A program made the translations under genes and the position numbers. This document shows, piece by piece, positions 51,401 through 57,514 of a stretch of DNA of 57,514 nt. The first letter of the stretch is position 1. Each line of letters begins with the position of its first letter. This stretch comes from Phoronis australis (taxonomy: Eukaryota; Animalia; Phoronida). Under the pieces are notes generated by a model. The model worked only from the letters and a program-made list of their open reading frames with translations. It was not told where the DNA came from and did no database searches. Where the stretch lies: the NCBI GenBank assembly GCA_002633005.1, contig NMRA01000111.1, positions 920,938-978,451 on the forward strand. The letters are read 5' to 3'.

Positions 51401-51935
51401 ATGTGTCAAACCATCCGAACCGTTTGCCGTCTTTTGTCACGGGGACGCTTGGGCCAATAATGCGATGTTCAAGTACAAAGACGACGATGCCAATACGCCG
51501 GTTGCTGTCAAATTCGTTGACTTCCAAATGGTACGCTACGCCTTGCCAGTGTCTGACTTGAGTTACTTCCTGTTCATGAGCACCACTCGGAGCATGCGCA
51601 AAGCTCACCTCCAAGAAATACTGAAGGTTTACGTTTCTGCGTTCAACAACGTCCTACATCACTGCAAATTTAGCTTCCCCGAGTTCACGTACGATGCAGT
51701 TTTGGAGATGTTTAAGCAAACAGCAATGTACGGCTTTCTGTCTTCCTGTGTTGCTTTGCCGCCAATTCTTGGTAGAGTGGCCGTCGATAAAAGTGAAGAC
51801 CAGCCGACGTTAGACCACGCCCTGGACTTTATAGATACCATGTATAATAATGTTTCATCAAATGCAGCGGTTATGGAAGTTCTCAAGAAGCGTCTGCAGG
51901 GCAACTTTGAAGAAGTCATTAAACTGGGATTGTAA
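48478..51935 (+). CDS. Ecdysteroid-kinase-like (EcKL/CHK, APH/choline-kinase fold) small-molecule kinase, 436 aa
   Basis: Exons 48478-48643 and 50791-51935 join in phase 1 to give GEGENYATEVVRV. Motifs LKLP, FKKEMKFY, VEDL..Y, LARLHA, CHGDAWANNAMF, VDFQ, P..DL.YF. Total 1311 nt, intact. Confidence 0.92.
49424..49726. mobile_element. Harbinger/PIF-type MITE in the EcKL intron
   Basis: TIRs gggcctgtttcatga and tcatgaaacaggtcc. Flanks cac/cag. Confidence 0.65.
50212..50369. mobile_element. MITE in the EcKL intron
   Basis: TIRs cagtgctgtagtgg and ccactatagcactg. No clear TSD. Confidence 0.6.
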
Positions 51936-52535
51936 ACTATTAACAAAGGCGGTGAAGGTTTTCCCGTATTTCAGTTTTCAACACTTGTCTGTATTTTAAA
52001 TCACTACAACAGCTTATAAGAATTAAAACATAAATTGCATACCAATGAGCACGTGTGTACTGTATTTATTGTTGGGACTTCTTGCACACTTAGGGTAATA
52101 TTCAAAATTAAGCAACACAATTTTTAAACACCATAATGTGTTCCGTTTAGAAAAGTTCAGCAAAGAAATTACACATCGTTAACAGACTCGACCTCACGCA
52201 TGCGGAAATAGATATAAATACCTGATAACTAAATTGTTCATTTTGCCTCAACGTTTAGCTGCCCAAAAACGAATATCTAATTAGGCTTTTCATCCTTATA
52301 AAATCTGTCTCACAATTTATAATGCTTACGTGATAGGATTTCAACATGAGCATTGAAACCACTGATTCGAGAAAACGTTTCACTGAGGTTAGGCCAACTA
52401 CATTAAAAGTGTGAATTCGAATGATGCGTGTACGCATTGTTAGTCGTGACTTGAGTTAGTCAGAATCCTATGACGGTAAGGAATATTATGATATTAGTTT
52501 TATGAGAGTATAAGCTCTAACACGACTTTTGCCAG

Positions 52536-52629
52536 CTACACCTGGCGAGGTGTATCCTCAATGTTACTGTACACCCTAGCTACACGGGGCGAGATGTATC
52601 CTCAACTGAATGTGACTGTACACCCTAGT
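52536..52629. repeat. Two-copy ~45-bp tandem duplication
   Basis: gctacac..ggcgag.tgtatcctcaa...tgt.actgtacaccctag occurs twice. Confidence 0.8.
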
Positions 52630-53004
52630 CCCCTTCAAGAAGAGAGCTTTCGATGTGTTTAGACCACTCACCGCTATAAAATTAGTCCCAACTTGTTCCT
52701 TTCTCTGATGGGAAATAGTTTCCGGATTTCCAAAAAAACGAGAGCTTGTTATTCCTCAGTGAGACCATGATCGGTATATAAGTGAGATGCCGAAACAACT
52801 CAGTTGTGGAGTCCGGTCAGTTCTTTCGACTCCCTGATGTCACGTCAATATTTACAAATCGATGTCAATTTCTCACGGTACGCGAGGTCTAAATGAAAGT
52901 GTTTTTTTTTTGGCTACAAGATGCCACTTTTTCCCTTTAATCATTCGACATATGCTTTCTTTTCGCAGAATTTTCTAATGATCGACTAAAGGTAAACTTG
53001 GTTT

Positions 53005-53075
53005 AAACAACGTTTAAAATGGCCATCGCTAATGTTTATGAAAAACATTAGAGATGGCCAGTTTAAACGTTGTTT
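53005..53075. repeat. 71-bp near-perfect hairpin
   Basis: 33-bp arms with 2 mismatches and a 5-nt loop. Confidence 0.85.
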
Positions 53076-54070
53076 TCACACTGTGCTCCAAAGCTAGTTC
53101 TGTTTTCCCAAGTTTCGGTCTTGAAAATAAACGCTCTCCTGCAAAATTTGTTACCATCGTGGACAAAGACAGTTTGAGAGCAATTTGAACATTTGATTTT
53201 AAGTTGCCTGAAAATTGTTTTTGTACAATTCAGATAGAGATCGTCACAACTGTCACCAAGAACTATATGTATTTAGTGCTTGAGCTGTGATTAAGTCTTC
53301 GTGATAAACACCAGCAAGGTGTTCGCATTTCTTGTGCTGCTCTTCAGAACCAAGTATTTTCAATTCGCTATTATCTCTTGTCCATGATCATGGTCCTCAT
53401 TTCGCGTTCTACTAATTTGAATTGCGAATATGATGTCCGAGCTGTTCGTTAGTATCAGACTGAAGAACAGTTGTAACATAAATTCAGTGTTAGGAACGTG
53501 AACTCCGCCGTCCACACTCATAACCGAAAACTTTACACCTCAAAAGAAAGTTTGTCATTCGCATGAGCTGGAATTTTTATTGAATTATTTAACTTCCCGC
53601 GAAACTCTAGCTTTGTCAAATCACTCAAACCGACAAAAAAAACTTGGAAAGATTGTAAAAAAATTTGAGCCCCTGCACAAGGAATGTCTCACAAAAGAAT
53701 GTGAAAACATTCAGGGAATTTACATTTTTTCACTTAAAGAATTTACAAACGTGCTTTGATCAACGCAATTCGCTAAGGAAAAATAACGTCACATGTTCTC
53801 TAAATATCGCGATAAAAAGGCGAGATCTTATGACTGCAAGGCGGGAGCCCACTTTTTATTATGCAAATCCGTCACTGAGCACGTTAGTTTACATCATTGG
53901 ACTTTTACTACAACCATAAGTCGCCAGGATCACGGATCTACGTAGGGCTCCATGGTCATGTGGAACCCGGGCAAGTCCCTGGCAGCCTGGTGTGTCCTGC
54001 TGCAACGGCATTTTTTGCAGTGCGTAAACATGAAACTGGAGTGTTTCATATCCGTAAACCGTGACTTGCA

Positions 54071-54221
54071 CATGGGCGGCGCAAGATAGGGGTCGGGGGG
54101 TGTGCTATAGCCCCCACTTTTTTCTGTGCTACGCTGCACATAGTCTATAGGTGGTGCCCCACAGGGGTGCTGAGGGGGCTTTAGCCCGGCCTCCACCTTT
54201 TTCAGTGCTGCGCCGCCCATG
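54071..54221. mobile_element. MITE with CATGGGCGGCGCA termini
   Basis: Perfect 13-bp TIR. Flanks ttgca/ttgaa. Same family as 57185-57280. Confidence 0.8.
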
Positions 54222-54749
54222 TTGAAGGTTTACAGTGAACATAATTATGTATTTTAGGTTGTCGTTAACCGTGAAATTAGTCCAAATCCCGTGAACGAAA
54301 ATTGGGATCGTTGGAGAATTGATGAGACCCTGGGGAAGTAAGTGCTGTAGGTGAACTTAGAATACCGCTTAATCTCAAGATCAAGCGGATGTGAGTTTTG
54401 TGTGAAGTTGAAATTAAGCGGCTGCCTGACACCCAATCAAAGAACAAGGCGTGTGGCCTGAAATCATCACTGAACCGGTAGGCTATGGTGAGAGTGAGTT
54501 CTAAAAAGATCGAGATAAAGCTCCCGTGGCCTGGTCATGATTACTGATTAGTATCGAGGGATCGAACCAAAAAATCATTAGTGGACTGTAATGTGATTAT
54601 ATGTTCCCTCAATAATGTACCGGGCATTCAATTAAGGTCATAGTCCTACCGATACGGTGGTTATTTAAGTTGTATTATTTTCTGTGTTGCCTATTCCAAT
54701 ATCAAAATAAAGCTTAATGTTTGAAATTAGTGCCTGATTGATATTTCAT

Positions 54750-55670
54750 CAAGTGGTGAACCAAACATTCACTAATTGGTTGCAATACATTTTAAATTAA
54801 ATTTCTATTTCTACCCAATTCCAAGTTTAGGCAAGCCACGCCCTTGCGTAAACTTGGAATATTTCAATTTCTGCTTTACAAAAAATCAGGCGGTGGATTA
54901 AACATTCTCTAACTGGTTTCAAAACATTGTAAATGCATTTTCTATTATTTTTGGAACACTTCTGAGTGCATTCGCAGTTTTCTTTTTCTACTCAACTCCA
55001 AGTTTAAGCAAAGGCGTGGCTTGCTTAAACTTGGAATAATTCAATTTCTGCTTACAAAAAATCACGTGGTGAACCAAACATTCTCTAACTAATTGCAATA
55101 CATTTTTAAAATAACTCTGATTGCATTCGCAGTTGTTTTGTACCCAATTCCAAATTTAAGCAAGCCACGCCCTTGCTTAAACTTGGTATAATTCAATTTA
55201 TTTCTTCTTTATAAGAAAATCGTGTTGTGAGCCAAACATTCCCTAACCAGTTACAATATGTTATAAATTCATTTTCTATTACTTTTGGAACACCTATGAA
55301 TGCATTCGCAGTTGTTTTCTTCCCAATTCAAACTTTACGCAAGCCACGTCTTTGCTTAAACTTGGAATATAAAGTGTATGTCTGCTTTACAATAAGTCAC
55401 GTGGTAAACCAAGCATTCTCTGACTGGTTACAATATGTTGTTAGCACATTTTTTCTCGTCTTGATACTCTACTGGACACGTGAACAATTATTTTCTTCCC
55501 AGTTACAAGTTTAAGCAAGCCATGCCACTGCTTTAACTTGAAATAATTCTGTTTTCACTTTAGAACTCTTGTGTCGCGAAGTAAGCATTCTCTGACAGAT
55601 TACGAGACATGAGTATTTTTTTCTGTCCTCATTTGTAGCTCTTCGGCGATTGTTTTTTACCCAATTCCAA
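54750..55670. repeat. Tandem repeat of 150-180-bp units (about 5), each with a hairpin
   Basis: ttccaagtttaagcaa-gccacgccc-ttgcttaaacttggaa at ~54819, 54997, 55148, 55327 and 55503. Confidence 0.85.
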
Positions 55671-56881
55671 GATGAAAGATGACTGTAGTAACAATAATGC
55701 ATCAGTTAACCGGTTCTAACATACAAATAGAACTTACATTTGCCAGAGTTGCGCGCCAAACAAAAGCTGATTCATATTTATTATCAAAATACTGATATCC
55801 TGACAGCGAGTGTTGATTGGCTATTGGGTCAGTGATTGGTGGGGCATCGACTACTTAACACATATTGCTGAGCCATATTGTAACATTGAGTTGAAAGAGT
55901 TAACATAATTCCAAATTTAACCAGTTCTTAAAACAGTACTGGGTTTCACATTTTCATTTTATAAAAAAATTTCAATGCCTTTGATGTAACAAATTCATGC
56001 AAAACCGTTGAGTGGAATTCTCAAGTTGAGCACGATCTTTTTGGGAAGCTGGTTACAGTAAATATGTTCGGAGTCACCAGACGTTATGGATGTTAGGGCG
56101 AAAATGTTGAATAACATATATTATCTAATATTTATAAATAGGTAAATAACTTTGTTTTAACGATATGTGCATGGCCGGGAGGACTACGTAAGTTTTTATT
56201 TTCCCCAAATACCATCAAATTACAATACAGCAAAAAACATACCGCGTAAAGGTGCAAAGACCAGCGTACAGTAGTTTTCAAAATAAACTAGACAATGTCG
56301 TAATTTGGCAAGGCTAATAAAATATGTTTCTTTTGGAATAGAACCCAATCCAATATAGCTAAATCTCAACAAAAACTAGGCAGATGTTGCTCTATGCTTG
56401 TAGTCGAAGTTGCTACAAGTTATTGCTCAAGTCCATTCGCAAACAAACAATTAGCGACTAGACACAAGTCACATTCAACTCTTATAAAGGTTCGACTACC
56501 GTACGTGCGCAAGTTATAGGGTAAAGTAATCATTTAGACGTGCCTAGGCCTACTTTACGCTCGGTAAATAAAAGTAATGCTTAATTTACGCCGTTAAGTG
56601 TTAATTTACACCGCAAATAATTACTTTACGTCACTAACAAGAATTAACTTACTCACGTAATTTGGCCAACGGTAAAACTCTGACGGTTACGTCACTTGTA
56701 GCCGCAATCTCAGGTTTGGAGGAACCTGCTATGGAGTTTTTTATGTGGTCAAAAGATGGTGCTCTAGCTCACTCTTCTGTGAAGGAGACGCAAAGAGGAT
56801 AGCTTCCGTTCTTACACATGTTGGGTTGTTTTGCCAACTTTACCGTATTTTATTTCGTTTAACTTAGAGGTGTACTAGAAA

Positions 56882-56973
56882 ATGGCAGAGTTTGTTCAAC
56901 AAAGCATCGAAGAGATGCTCCCTGAACTGGAGCAAATGGAGAGAGTAGGCTTGTTCACTGAGTCGGAAACGAG
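56882..56973 (+). CDS. UTP6: U3 snoRNA-associated protein 6, coding exon 1 (gene continues beyond the window)
   Basis: MAEFVQQSIEEMLPELEQMERVGLFTESETR matches the conserved UTP6 N-terminus (MAExxQxxIExxLPELEQxERxGLF). Good start context aaaATGG and donor AG|GTAAAT. Confidence 0.88.
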
Positions 56974-57184
56974 GTAAATCGCAGTTGCTGTGTCGTGCTA
57001 GTCGGTAAACCAACCCAACCGTACTGGCGTACTGTACAGTGAAAGGGAAGAATCAACTCATACATATCACTGCTTCGAAAGAACTTAGCATATTCACTCG
57101 AAGATTCGAATTTTTACTCCTCTCGTGTCAATTTACCATTTGCACTTTTAACCTAGCGGTGAACTGAAGCAAAGTATTCATTGG

Positions 57185-57280
57185 CATGGGCGGCACACCA
57201 TAGCCTATTACATAGCACTGCATAGCAGGGCAGGGGGACTATAGCCCCCCCCCACTTTTTTCAGTGCTGCGCCGCCCATG
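57185..57280. mobile_element. MITE in UTP6 intron 1 with 5-bp TSD ATTGG
   Basis: TIRs catgggcggcaca and tgcgccgcccatg, with attgg on both flanks. Confidence 0.8.
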
Positions 57281-57514
57281 ATTGGGCTCAGTGGCTGATG
57301 TTGTAGATGTGCTTCCAGTGAATTATTAGGCAATGACCATCGCCTCTGTTGGCCCGAAGCAGAGGCGATGTAGAGGCTATAGGCGCTCTGTACGCCGGAA
57401 GCTTTTCGGCGAATTATGCCTCGCACCGACTAAACCACCAAAGCCACGTTGTTATAACTACCTTTTGCGCATAGACGAACACCTTAGGAGGTTGTCGATG
57501 TGATTAATTCCTTC

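Noticed and set aside
54750-55670. Hairpin repeats as a CRISPR array or integron attC array
   Set aside because: The intervening sequences are homologous to one another and non-coding, so this is a tandem repeat.

Overview
AT-rich, intron-containing animal genomic DNA, most likely from a marine invertebrate (inferred from gene and transposon content; the species cannot be determined). Four host genes could be reconstructed by hand. (1) A complete 8-exon, 385-aa SABATH/Methyltransf_7-type SAM-dependent methyltransferase (4507-29039, +), spread over 24.5 kb by transposon insertions. (2) A decaying two-exon 3' fragment of FBXL2/FBXL20 (34883-35841, -). (3) An intact two-coding-exon, 436-aa ecdysteroid-kinase-like (EcKL/CHK) gene (48478-51935, +). 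(4) Exon 1 of UTP6 (56882-56973, +). The rest is mostly repeats: a 5'-truncated Gypsy element with an intact 3' LTR and an extra C2H2 zinc-finger ORF, about seven Helentron/DINE-like elements whose ~150-bp monomers each carry a CTCF-consensus motif, Penelope-like remnants with minimal hammerhead ribozymes, a degraded Academ(X)-type transposon, Tc1/mariner-, Harbinger-type and 5-bp-TSD MITEs, L1/Tx1 fragments and palindromic tandem repeats. There are no prokaryotic features or CRISPR arrays. Family assignments rest on motif recognition, not database searches. Single Ns at 2480 and 40217 may mark assembly joins.
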